A DNA stretch of 64,000 nt, taken from NCBI RefSeq assembly GCF_020745735.1, contig NC_083432.1, forward strand, positions 37,472,533-37,536,532, written 5' to 3'. The translations under genes were made by a program, and so were the position numbers. Of the stretch, positions 50,692-63,234 are shown piece after piece. The notes below the pieces were generated by a model. The model ran no database searches. It saw only the letters and a program-made list of their open reading frames with translations, and was not told the origin of the DNA. This DNA comes from Hemiscyllium ocellatum. Lineage: Eukaryota. How positions within the stretch are numbered: the stretch's first letter is position 1; each line of letters starts with the position of its first letter.

Positions 50692-52585
50692 AACCCCGCA
50701 CCGCCCATTTCTACCTCCTGCCCAAAATCCACTAACCTGACTGCCCCGGCCGACCCATTGTCTCAGCCTGCTCCTGCCCCACTGAACTCATCTCCGTGTA
50801 CCTCGACACGGTTCTGTCCCCTTTAGTCCAAGAACTCCCCACCTACGTTCAGGACACCATCCACGCCCTCCACCTCCTCCATGATTTTCGCTTCCCCGGT
50901 CCCCAACGCCTTATCTTCACCATGGACATCCAGTTCCTGTACACCTCCATCCCCCATCACGAAGGACTCAAAGCCCTCCGCTTCTTCCTTTCCCGCCGCA
51001 CCAACCAGTACCCTTCCACTGACACCCTCCTTCGGCTGACTGAACTGGTCCTCACCCTGAATAACTTCTCTTTCCAATCCTCCCACTTCCTCCAAACTAA
51101 AGGAGTTGCCATGGGCACCCGCATGGGCCCCAGCTATGCCTGTCTCTTTGTAGGATATGTGGAACAGTCCATCATCCGCAACTACACTGGCACCACCCCC
51201 CACCTTTTCCTCCGCTACATCGATGACTATATCGGTGCCGCCTTGTGCTCCCACGAGGAGGTTGAACAGTTCATCAACTTTACCAACACCTTCCATCCCG
51301 ACCTCAAATTCACCTGGACTGTCTCAGACTCCTCCCTCCCCTTCCTAGACCTTTCCATTTCTATCTCGGGCGACCGACTCAACACAGACATCTACTATAA
51401 ACTGACTGACTCCCACAGCTACCTAGACTACACCTCCTCCCACCCTGCTCCCTGTAAAAACTCCATCCCATATTCCCAATTCCTTCGTCTCCGCCGCATC
51501 TGCTCCCAGGAGGACCAGTTCCAACACCGCAGAGCCCAGATGGCCTCCTTCTTCAAGGACCACAGATTCCCCCCAGACGTGATCGACGATGCCCTCCACC
51601 ACATCTCCTCCACTTCCCGCTCCTCCGCCCTTGAGCCCCGCTCCTCCAACCGCCACCAAGACAGAACCCCACTGGTTCTCACCTACCACCCCACCAACCT
51701 CCGTATACAACGTATCATCCGCCGTCATTTCCGCCACCTCCAAACGGACCCCACCACCAGGGATATATTTCCCTCCCCTCCCCTATCAGCGTTCCGCAAA
51801 GACCACTCCCTTCGTGACTCCCTCGTCAAGTCCACACCCCCCACCAACCCAACCTCCACTCCCTGCACCTTCCCTGCAACCACAGGAAATGTAAAACTTG
51901 CGCCCACACCTCCTCCTCACTTCCCTCCAAGCCCCCAAGGGATCCTTCCATATCCGCCACAAGTTCACCTGTACCTCCACACACATCAGCTATTGCATCC
52001 GCTGCACCCGATGTGGCCTCCTCCATGTTGGGGAGACGGGACGCTTACATGCGGAACGCTTCAGAGACCACCTCAGGGACGCCCGGACCAACCAACCCAA
52101 CCACCCAGTGGCTCAACACTTTAACTCTCCCTCCCACTCCACCGAGGACATGCAGGTCCTTGGACTCTTCCACCGGCAGAACATAACAACATGACGGCTG
52201 GAGGAGGAGCGCCTCATCTTCCGCCTGGGAACGCTCCAACCACAAGGAATGAACTCAGATTTCTCCAGTTTCCTCATTTCCCCTCCCCCCACCTTGTCTC
52301 AGTCGGTTCCCTCAACTCAGAACCGCCCTCCTAACCTGCAATCTTCTTCCTGACCTCTCCGCCCCCACCCCACTCAGGCCTATCACCCTCACCTTGTCCT
52401 CCTTCCACCTATCACATCTCCATCGCCCGGCCCCCAAGTCCCTCCTCCCTACCTTTTATCTTAGCCTGCTTGGCACACTCTCCTCATTCCTGATGAAGGG
52501 CTTATGCCCGAAACGTCGAATTTCCTATTCCTTGGATGCTGCCTGACCTGCTGTGCTTTAACCAGCAACACGTTTTCAACTGTCA
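50692..52585 (+). mobile_element. Penelope-like retroelement, 5'-truncated, best-preserved copy
   Basis: 442-aa ORF with RT motifs (RYIDD); GIY-YIG ISYCIRCTRCGLLHVGETGR after a frameshift near 51880; pLTR. Confidence 0.93.
52486..52521 (+). ncRNA. Minimal hammerhead ribozyme motif in Penelope pLTR
   Basis: ATTC-CTGATGA-A-GGGC-TTAT-GCCC-GAAAC-GTC-GAAT: intact core with paired stems I and II. Confidence 0.8.
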
Positions 52586-54189
52586 AGCTTGGTTCCATCA
52601 GTCAATTTACTGGATCACACTGACTGACAAACACATGGTTATTAGAACAGCAAGAAATATGAACAACAATACCCTTAGTCCAAGAGTAGAAGTGACTTAT
52701 GCCACAAGAGATACTTTAGAAACATATTTATCCAGCACAAATACCAAGGAGACATAAAATTTACATAGAACCTAAAATTTGATTAATCGTTCTCCTTCTT
52801 TGGTCCTGTTTCTCATAAACCAGAACGGAAAATGGGAGTGCAAGAAGGTGGTAGCTCCAAAGGCCTCTCACAGTCTGGAATTGTACTTATAATTGCAAAG
52901 AGAGAATTTGCAGACCATAGCAAAAGAACATGGGAGGAGTGAGTAATTGCATAGCATTTCCGAACAGTTGACACTGACCTGGTGGACCGAATGGCCTCGC
53001 CATCTGCTGTCACATTCGAAACTTCCACACTGTAATTAATCTAATCTAAAAAAAATCTATTGTCGTGTATTCTCCATTTTCCATTTTGGAAATCTCATAT
53101 GGTCTCATAATTAGCCACAGGGCTTAGTAATTCTAAAGGATGCAGCAGCTTCACTTTACAATTTTCACCTTTAAATATATTTCATGACAATTACAAAACA
53201 ACGAATGGCTTTAAGGACGGAATAAATACTTTATTCAATTTAAAAGCGGCTGATGTGACTTTCGCCCCAGTTTTCTCGGTGATAAATTTCACATCAATCT
53301 CATTCAAATCGTTTAAAATACCAAAGTCAGAAAAACAAATACTGTCACTTCATTATCTCATGACATGAGTTTATATTTCAATCAATTAATCCCCTTTCTG
53401 CTTTTACAAACTCTCACTTTCCTGCACATTCCGAGCCTTCTGCTCAGTTGTCAATCATTAACATTGCTCCTCCCATCTGTGCTGTCACTCTCTGAGTACA
53501 TTCCGGAAGACTCTGGAATTCCTCCAGAGCAGTCACTGAGTGGAGACCTCTCACAAACACAAATGTACACATTTAAAATGTGTTATCATCATAAACAAGG
53601 AAATAGTCTGCAGGCAATCCGGACTTTACTGAACTTCAATAAAACTCATGATTTGGAGATGCCGGTTTTGGACTGGAGTGTACAAAGTTAAAAATCACAC
53701 AACATCAGGTCAGTTGATAGTGATGAAGGAGCGTCACTACGAAAGCTAGTGTGCTCCCAATTAAACCTGTTGCACTACAACGTGGTGTTGTTGATTTTTT
53801 TACCAAAATAAAACTCATTTACAATTCCTTCCATCTGAAACAGATCAATATCACATTCATACCAAGAAAGTCACTGAAAACAGGAATGTTAGAAAAACCA
53901 AACACTGCCTCGTCATTCCTGTTTGCCATGAGTTGTTATTTCAATAAATTAATCTCCTCTGTGTTTGAACAAACCCTCACTTTCCTGCACAGACTCAGCC
54001 TTCTGCTCAGCTGTCAATCATTAACATTGCCCCTCCCATCTATGATGTCACTGTCTGAGTACATTCCAGAAGTCTGTGGATGCCCTCCAGTGGGTGTCAC
54101 TGAGTCGAGTCTTTCTTGTTTAAAGTAAGGCTGAGATGTGACGTCGTGTATTTTCAGCTCACGTGATAAACCCAGCAAACCTGAGGACA

Positions 54190-54228
54190 TTCTGGAAATG
54201 TCTGGATTCCTGGCAGTAGAATATATAA
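54190..54228 (+). promoter_or_regulatory. HSE and TATA box, copy 7
   Basis: Same motif as copy 1; distal TTCCAGAA at about 54064. Confidence 0.85.
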
Positions 54229-54321
54229 GGTGTGAGCTCAGAGTGCTGCAGCAGATCAGAGACTGAAGACTGGGAGTTCACATCAGTCAGTTTGAGGGAA
54301 GTGAGAGAAGAGGCAGAGACA

Positions 54322-54981
54322 ATGCTGAGATATCGGGCTTTCCACCCTTCACGTCTGTGCCAGCAGCCTGTATACACACTGGCGCCTGTTTCACACAGGC
54401 TCTGGGAACCACTTGAATGTAACATGTGGGAACAGGTGGAAGAAGCGAGAAAGGGCATGAACTTCATCAATCGAGTTCTTGAGGATCTGACAGCAGAATG
54501 TTTTGGGGAAATACCAAGAACTCGAGACAACAAATCTGATGCTAATGGAGAAGATAAAAGACAATCCGAGGACAAGGATGGAGATGGCTTTTCTGTGTCC
54601 CTGAATGTCCAGCACTTCCCCCCAGAAGACCTGAGGGTGAAAGTATTTGGAAGAAAAGTGCTGGTGACAGGAAAACACGAGAAGAAATGTGATGATGGCA
54701 GCGGCTGTTACAGCTACAAATATGAAGAGTTCAGGAGAGAATTCCAGCTGCCAGAGGATGTCGATGCTGAAGCTCTTCGATGCTGTTTGTCACAGGACGG
54801 TCAGTTAAAGGTTCAAGCCCCACGCCTGGCACTGCCAGCTGCGAATGAACGGACCGTCCCCATCAATATCACCTCGGAGACAACAACCACTCCCCGGCTC
54901 AATCCTGACCAAGAGACAGAGAAACAGAAGAGTGGGAAGGATGTGGGGATGAAGAAAGCTGAAGAACAGATGCCCAGTTAA
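54322..54981 (+). CDS. hsp30: HSP30-like, copy 7 (219 aa)
   Basis: Intact ORF at the mirror position of copy 5. Confidence 0.93.
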   Translation: MLRYRAFHPSRLCQQPVYTLAPVSHRLWEPLECNMWEQVEEARKGMNFINRVLEDLTAECFGEIPRTRDNKSDANGEDKRQSEDKDGDGFSVSLNVQHFPPEDLRVKVFGRKVLVTGKHEKKCDDGSGCYSYKYEEFRREFQLPEDVDAEALRCCLSQDGQLKVQAPRLALPAANERTVPINITSETTTTPRLNPDQETEKQKSGKDVGMKKAEEQMPS

Positions 54982-55284
54982 GACTCTGTTACAATGAACA
55001 GCTAAAGATGTAATAATTGTTTAAAAGCAGCAATGAATTTCTGTGAATGTGAGATAAAGAGATATTGCTGTCCAATTAATAGTTTTCAACTTGGAAACCT
55101 ATAAAATGCTGTTATCAATGTTCTTGTGGTTTATTTTTGAATGTATATTGGAAGAGTAAATACTTTTGAAATTTAATTATAATGATTCTGCCTATTTACT
55201 TGATAAAACGAAAACTGATGAATCACTTTAACTTGCATAATCTTAATTAAGGGAAACAAGTCTTTTTTTACTTGGATTAATTTT

Positions 55285-55562
55285 GGGTGGCACGGTGGCA
55301 CAGTGGTTAGCACTGCTGCCTCACAGCGCCTGACACCCGGGTTCAATTCCCGACTCAGGCGACTGACTGTGTGGAGTTTGCACGTTCTCCCCATGTCTGC
55401 GTGGGTTTCCTCCCACAGTCCAAAGATGTGCAGGTCAGATGAATTGGCTATGCTAAATTGCCCCTTACCTAATACGATGGGGTATGGATGGGTTGTGCTT
55501 CGGCAGGTCGGTGTGGACTTGTTGGGCCGAAGGGCCTGTTTCCACACTGTAAGTCTAATCTA
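55285..55562 (+). mobile_element. HE1-like SINE specific to the right arm
   Basis: Absent at the mirror site (about 36185). Confidence 0.88.
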
Positions 55563-55889
55563 AAACAAAATTTAAAAGACAGAAACAAAATCAGGTGGTC
55601 AAGATCTGCCTATGTCTGAGCTCAGATCTGTCAAGAATGTCAAGCTACTATGAAGAGACTGTGCTGAAATATTTGTGTACACCTCAGTCTCAGGGATAAT
55701 CCCAACAGCATCACTATCATGAGCAACAACAGGTTGTCATCCAACTCATACACCAGTCTGTCCACCACTCAGTTATTGAACGGTGGGAAACAGTTTCATT
55801 GTGGTTAATTGATCATTGTAACTGTCAGGGAGAGAAGATCAACAATATTAATGATACTACACACTTCAACATAAGAAATAGGAAGCGTC

Positions 55890-56880
55890 GGGACCACAAT
55901 CATTCACAATTTACAGAGATGATTTGGAGTTGAGGACCACGTGTAATGTCTCAAATTTTTCAGATGACACTAAGATGAGTGGCACAGCAAAGTGTGTGGT
56001 GGACTATGAATCTTTGCAGAGGAACTTAGATATTTCAAGTGAGTAGGTAAAGGTCTGGCAGAAAGAATGCAGTGTTAATAAATATGAGGTCATCCATTTA
56101 GGTAAGGGTAACAATATAAAGGACAATTACCTGAACGGTAAAACGTTGCAGCGTGCTGCGATGCAGAGCGATCTGGGTGTCCTTGTGCATGAATCATCAA
56201 AGGTTGGTATGCAGGTACAACACCTAATTAGGAACCCAAATAGAATGTTGTCTTTAATTGCAAAAATGATTGAGTTTAAAAGCAGGAACGCTATGTTGCA
56301 GCTGTATAGGGTACTCGTGAGGCCACACCTGGAGTATTGAGTGCATTTTTGGTCTCTTACATGAGAAAGGATGTACTGGAATGAGAGAGGGTGAAGAGGA
56401 GCTGCACACGATTGATTCTGGAGTTGAGGGGATTGACATATGAGGAGAGACTGAGTAGAATGGGATTATATTCATTGAAATTTAAAAGAATGAGGGGGGA
56501 TCTTACAGAAACACGTAATATTATGAAGGGAGTAGATCAGATAAATGTAGAGAAAATATTTCCACTGGCCGGTGAAATTGCGACAAGAGGACACAGACTC
56601 AAAATTTGGGGGAGCAGTATTAAAAACTAACTTCTTCACCCAGGGGGTTGTGAATCTATAGAATTCTCCGCACACTGAAGTCATTGACGCTACTTCAGTA
56701 AAGGTTTTTAAAGTTAAGATAGATTTTTTTGAAGAATGAAGGAATTAAGGGTTACAGTGAGAGGGCAGGTAGGTGGAGCTGAGGGCTCAAAAAGATCAAC
56801 CATGACCTTATTGAGTGATGGAGCAGGCTGGAAGGGCCAGATGGCCTACTCCTGCTCCAAGGTCTTACCTTCTTATGCTA
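55890..56880 (+). mobile_element. CR1 LINE fragment (mirror copy)
   Basis: Reverse complement of 34835-35830. Confidence 0.85.
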
Positions 56881-57367
56881 TTATGTACATCAGTAGGCCA
56901 TTCCACCCATCAAACAAGTTTCTGTATTCCATAAGGTCAACAATGATTTAATGGTGGACAGAACACTGCCATCCTGCCTCCCAGATAACTGATCACTCCT
57001 TATTTAAACAACAATCTGTACAAAGCCTCAAATGCATTCAATGCTGTAGCCTCCACTGATCACTGCGGAAGAGAATTCAAACTGATAACCCCCAAAACAA
57101 TACAATTCTCGTGATATGGGCAGGACCTTATTTTTAAACTAATCCACCGACTCCAGAATTTCTGTCTGATGTGACACATCAGTTTAGCATCTACCTTGTC
57201 AAGACCCTTTGAATCTAATGTTTCAATGAATGGTCCATATCTACAGCATCAGAAAGCTGCGTAATATTTCCCTTAATGCCACTCAGAAACTTGGTTCCAT
57301 CAGCTCATTTACTGGATCGCACTGACTGACAAGCAAGTGATTAGCAGAACAGCAAGAAATATTAACA

Positions 57368-59223
57368 GCCTGCTCCTGCCCCTCAGAACTCATCACTGCA
57401 TACCTCGACACGGTCCTGTCCCCTTTAGTCCAAGAAGTCCCCACCTACGTTCAGGACACCACCCACACCCTCCACCTCCTTCATGATTTTTGCTTCCCCG
57501 GTCCCCAACGCCTTATATTCACCATGGACATACAGTCCCTGTACACCTCCATCCCCATCACGAAGGACTCAAAGCCCTCTGCTTCTTCCTTTCCCACCTT
57601 ACCAACCAGTACCCTTCCACTGACACCCTCCTTCGACTGACTGAACTGGTCCTCACCCTGAACAACTTCTCTTTCCAATCCTCCCACTTCCTCCAAACCA
57701 AAGGAGTAGCCATGGGCACCTGCATGGGCCCCAGCTATGCCTGCCTCTTCGTAGGATATGTGGAACAGTCCATCTTCCGCAGCTACATTGGCACCACCCC
57801 CCTTTTACTCTGTTACATCGATGACTGTATCGGCGCTGCCTCGTGCTCTCACGAGGAGGTTGAACAGTTCATCCACTTTGCTAACACATTCATCCCAACC
57901 TCAAATTTACCTGGACCGTCTCAGACTCCTCCCTCCCTTTCCTGGATCTTTCCATTTCTATCTCGGGCGACCGAATCAACACGGACATTTACTATAAACC
58001 GACTGACTCACACAGCAACCTAGACTACACCTCCTCCCACCCTGTCCCCTGTAAAAACACCACCCCATACTCCCAATTCCTTTGTCTCCGCCGCATTTGC
58101 TCCCAGAAGGACCAGTTTCAATACCGTACAACACAGATGGTCTCTTTCTTCAAAGACCACAATTTCCCCCCAGATGTGATCGACGATGTGCTCCAACACA
58201 TCTCCTCCACTTCCTGCTCCTCCGCCCTTAAGCAAGGCTCCTCCAACCGCCACCAGGACAGAACCCCAATGCTCCTCACCTTCCACTCCAACAACCTCCA
58301 TATACATCGTATCATCCATCATCATTACCGCCACCTGCAAATGGACCCCACCATCAGAGATATATTTTCCTCCCCTCCCCTATCAGCGTCCCGAAAAGAC
58401 GACTCCCACCGTGACTCCCTCGTCAGGTCCACACACCACCCCCCCAACAATCCAACATCCACTCTCGGCACCTTCCCCTGCAACCACAAGAAATGCAAAA
58501 CTTGTGCCCACATCTCCCCCCTTACTTCCCTCCAAGAGCCTAAGGGATCCTTCCATATCCACCACAAATTCACCTGCATCTCCACACACATCATTTACTG
58601 CATCTGCTGCACCCGATGTGACCTCCTCTATATTGGGTAGACAGGTTGCCTACTTGCGGAACATTTCAGAGAACACCTCTGGGAGACCCAGACCAACCAA
58701 CCCAACCACCCAGTGGCTCAACACTTCAACTCTCCCTCCCACTCCACCTAGGACATGCAGGTCCTTGACTCCTCCATCGCCAGATCATAGCAACACACGG
58801 CTGGAGGAAGAGCGCCTCATCTTCTGCCTAGGAACCCTCCAACCACAAGGGATGAACTCAGATTTCTCCAGTTTCCTCAATTCCCCTCTTCCACCTTGTC
58901 TCAGTCAAATCCCTCGAACTCAGCACCGCCTTCCTAACCTGCAATCTTCTTCCTGACCTCTCCGCCCCCCCAGCCCCACTCCTGTCTATCACCCTCACCT
59001 TGACCTCCTTCCACCTATTGCATTTCCAATGCCCCTCCCCCAAGTCCCTCCTCCCTACCTTTTATCTTAGCCTGCTGGACACACTTTCCTCATTCCTGAA
59101 GAAGGACTCATGCCCAAAAGGTCGATTCTCCTGCTCCTTGGATGCTGCCTGACCTGCTGCGCTTTTCCAGCAACACATTTTCAGCTCTGATCTCCAGCAT
59201 CTGCAGTCCTCACTTTCTCCTCG
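57368..59223 (+). mobile_element. Penelope-like retroelement (mirror of 32520-34336)
   Basis: Same ends; TSD AAGAAATATTAACA at 57354 and 59224; frameshifted RT and GIY-YIG. Confidence 0.92.
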
Positions 59224-60857
59224 AAGAAATATTAACAATCTCAATAGTGCTCGAGTAGAAGCGAGCAATGCCACAGGAGTTCCATTACAAACATATTACA
59301 TGCAGTACAATTATCAGAGATTCTGAATTAATATTGAACCTAAATACAGTTAGTTATTCTCCTTCTGTTGTGCTATTTAGAATCATAGAGTGATAGAGAT
59401 TTACAGCGTGGAAACAGACGCTTCGGTCCAACCCATCCATGCCGACCAGATATCCCAACACAATCTAGTCCCATCTGCCAGCACCCAGCCCATATCCATC
59501 CGAACCCTTCCTCTTCATATACCCATTCAAATGCCTCTTAAATGTTGCAATTGTACCAGCCTCCACCACTTCCTCTGGCAGCTCATTCCATACATGTACC
59601 ACCCTCTGTGTGAAGAAGTTGCCCTGTAGGACTGTTTTACATCTTTCCTCTCTCACCTTAAACCTCAGGGAACAGACTCTAAGGACTCTCACAAACTGGA
59701 ATTGTGCATACACTTGCTAAAACTTGCAGAGTTTGGGAATAGAGCATGGGAGATGTGAGTAATTGGATAGTGCTTTCCAATTACAAAACACCAAATGGCT
59801 TTAAGGACGGAATAAATACTTTATTCAATTTAAAAGCGGCTGATGTGACTTTCTCCCCATTTTTCTCGGTGATAAATTTCACATCAATCTCATTCAAATC
59901 GTTTAAAATACCAAAGTCAGAAAAACAAATACTGTCACTTCATTATCTCATGACATGAGTTTATATTTCAATCAATTAATCCCCTTTCTGCTTTTACAAA
60001 CTCTCACTTTCCTGCACATTCCGAGCCTTCTGCTCAGTTGTCAATCATTAACATTGCTCCTCCCATCTGTGATGTCACTCTCTGAGTACATTCCGGAAGA
60101 CTCTGGAATTCCTCCAGGAGCAGTCACTGATGGAGACCTCTCACCAACTGGAATTGGACATGCACTTGCTAAAACAGAATTTGCAGAGTTCGGGAAAAGA
60201 CCATGGGAGATGCGGGTAATTGGATAGTGCTTCCAAAGGGATCACACCTGCCTGGTGGACCGAATGGCCTTGTTTGTTGCTGAGTTGATCTAAAGCAATT
60301 TTTTCGCATTCTTCATTTCTATAATTGGAAATATTGTATCAAACCCATGATTCACAACGGGGTTTCATAATATGAAAGGGCACAGCTTCATTTCAAAGTG
60401 TTTCATTTATTAAAATGTGTTATCATCATAAACAAGGTAATTGTCTGCAGGCAATCCAGACTTTACTGAACTTAAATAAATCTCATTTACAATTCCTTCC
60501 ATCTGAAACAGATCAATATCACTGTCATATCAAGAAATTCACTGAAAACAGGAATGTTAGAAAAACCAAACACAGCCTCGTCATTCCTGTTTGTCATGAG
60601 TTGTTATTTCAATAAATTAATCTCCTCTGTGTTTGAACAAACCCTCACTTTCCTGCACAGACTCAGCCTTCTGCTCAGCTGTCAATCATTAACATTGCCC
60701 CTCCCATCTATGATGTCACTGTCTGAGTACATTCCAGAAGCCTGTGGATGCCCTCCAGTGGGTGTCACTGAGTCGAGTCTTTCTTGTTTAAAGTAAGGTT
60801 GAGATGTGACGTTGTGTATTTTCAGCTCACGTGATAAACCCAGCAAACCTGAGGACA

Positions 60858-60896
60858 TTCTGGAAATGTCTGGATTCCTGGCAGTAGAATATATAA
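60858..60896 (+). promoter_or_regulatory. HSE and TATA box, copy 8
   Basis: Same motif as copy 1. Confidence 0.85.
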
Positions 60897-60989
60897 GGTG
60901 TGAGCTCAGAGTGCTGCAGCAGATCAGAGACTGAAGACTGGGAGTTCACATCAGTCAGTTTGAGGGAAGTGAGAGAAGAGGCAGAGACA

Positions 60990-61640
60990 ATGCTGAGCTA
61001 TCGGGCTTTCCACCCTTCACGTCTGTGCCAGCGGCCTGTATACACACTGGCGACTGTTTCACACAGGCTCTGGGAACCACTTGAATGTAACATGTGGGAA
61101 CAGGTGGAAGAAGCGAGAAAGGGCATGAACTTCATCAATCGAGTTCTTGAGGATCTGACAGCAGAATGTTTTGGGGAAATACCAAGAACTCGAGACAACA
61201 AATCTGATGCTAGTGGAGAAGATAAAAGACAATCCGAGGACAAGGATGGAGATGGCTTTTCTGTGTCCCTGAATGTCCAGCATTTCCCCCCAGAAGACCT
61301 GAGGGTGAAAGTATTTGGAAGAAAAGTGCTGGTGACAGGAAAACACGAGAAGAAATGTGATGATGGCAGCGGCTGTTACAGCTACAAATATGAAGAGTTC
61401 AGGAGAGAATTCCAGCTGCCAGAGGATGTCGATGCTGAAGCTCTTCAATGCTGTTTGTCACAGGACGGTCAGTTAAAGGTTCAAGCCCCGCGCCTGGCAC
61501 TGCCAGCTGTGAATGAACGGACTGTCCCCATCAAGATCACCTCGGAGACAACAACCACACCCCGGCTCAATCCTGACCAAGAGACAGAGAAACAGGAGAG
61601 TGGGAAGGATGTGGGGATCAAGAAAGCTGAACAGTTATGA
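60990..61640 (+). CDS. hsp30: HSP30-like, copy 8 (216 aa)
   Basis: Intact ORF; AATAAA at 61812-61817. Confidence 0.93.
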   Translation: MLSYRAFHPSRLCQRPVYTLATVSHRLWEPLECNMWEQVEEARKGMNFINRVLEDLTAECFGEIPRTRDNKSDASGEDKRQSEDKDGDGFSVSLNVQHFPPEDLRVKVFGRKVLVTGKHEKKCDDGSGCYSYKYEEFRREFQLPEDVDAEALQCCLSQDGQLKVQAPRLALPAVNERTVPIKITSETTTTPRLNPDQETEKQESGKDVGIKKAEQL

Positions 61641-63234
61641 CTTTGTTACAATGAACTTATGATATTGTAATAATTGTTCAAAAGCAGCAAAGAATTTCTG
61701 TGAATGTCAGATAAAGAGACATTGTTGTCCAGTTAATAGTTTTCAACTTGGAAACCTGTACACTGCTATTATCATTGTTCATGTGGTTTATTTCTGTATG
61801 TATTTTGGAAGAATAAATACCTTTGAAATTTAATTATGATGATTCTGCCTATTTACTTGATAAAAAGAAAACTGATGTATCACCCTTTCTTACATTATTC
61901 TCAATTAAGGGAAAGAAGCTTTTTTTACTTGGATTAATTTAAAAGACAGAATCAAAATCAGGTGGTCATGATCTGCCTAAGTCTGAGCTCAGGTCTGTCA
62001 AAGATGTCAAGCTACTGTGAAAAGACTGTGCTGAAATAATTGTGTACACCTCAGTCTCAGGGATAATCCCTGCAGCGTCCCAATCATGAGCAACAACAGG
62101 TTGTCATCCAACTCAGATACCAATCTGTCCACCACTCTGTTATTGAACGGTGGGAAACACTTTCATTGTAGTTGATTGATCAATGTAATTGTTGGGGAAG
62201 AAAGTTGAAGTTACTTGCATCAGAAGCAACTTTTATGTAGATGGTGTTTCAATAATCTTTAAGATAATATACACTTCATCATAAAGAATAGGGACAGTGT
62301 TGGGACCACAGTTATTCACAATTTACATAGCTGTTTTGAGTTGCGGACCACGTGGAATGTCTCAAAGTTTGCAGATGACACTAAGACGAGTGGCACAGCA
62401 AAGTGTGTGGTGGACTGGGAAACTTTGCAGAGGGACAAAAATATTTCAAGTGAGCAGGTAAAGGTCTGGCAGATGGAATACAATGTTAATAAATGTGAAT
62501 CAGGGGTGATTTTAGAGAAACATAAAATTATGAAGGGAATAGATAAGATAAATGTAGAGAGAATGTTTCCACTGACAGATGAAACTGCGACAAAGGACAT
62601 AGACCTTTTTTTTGAAGAATGAAAGTATTGAGGATTACAGTGAGAAGGCAGGTAAGTGGAACTGAGGACATGAAAAGATCAGCCATGACCTTAATAAATG
62701 GCGGAGCAGGCTGGAGGGGCAAGATGGCCTACTCCTGCTCCAAGGTCTAACATTCTTATGCTATGGTGAACATCAGTAGGCAATTCCACCCACCAAACAT
62801 GTCTCTGTATTCCATAAGGTCACCAATGACTGAATGATGGACAGAACACAGCCTCCAAGATAACTGATCACTTCTCATTTAAACAATAATCTGTATCAAG
62901 CCTCAAATGCACTCAATGTTGCAGCCGCCACTGATCATTGCGGAAGTGAACTCAAACAGATAGTCCTCCGAAAGGAGACAATTCTACTGATGTGAACCTT
63001 CGATGGGTCGGTCCTTATTTTTAAATTAATCCCCTAGGATTTTTGTCTGGTGTGACATATCAGTTTAGCATCTACCATGCCAAGACCCTTTGCATCTAAT
63101 ATTTCAATGAATGGTCCCTATCTACAGCATCAGGAAGCTGTGTAATATTGCCCTCAATGTCACTCAGCAACTTGGTTCCATCAGCACATTTACTGGATCA
63201 CACTGACTGACAAGCAAGTGGTTTACAGAACAGC

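Larger units (their letters stand above)
46972..60360. repeat. Right arm of large inverted duplication
   Basis: Reverse complement of about 31400-41850, plus arm-specific insertions. Confidence 0.9.
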
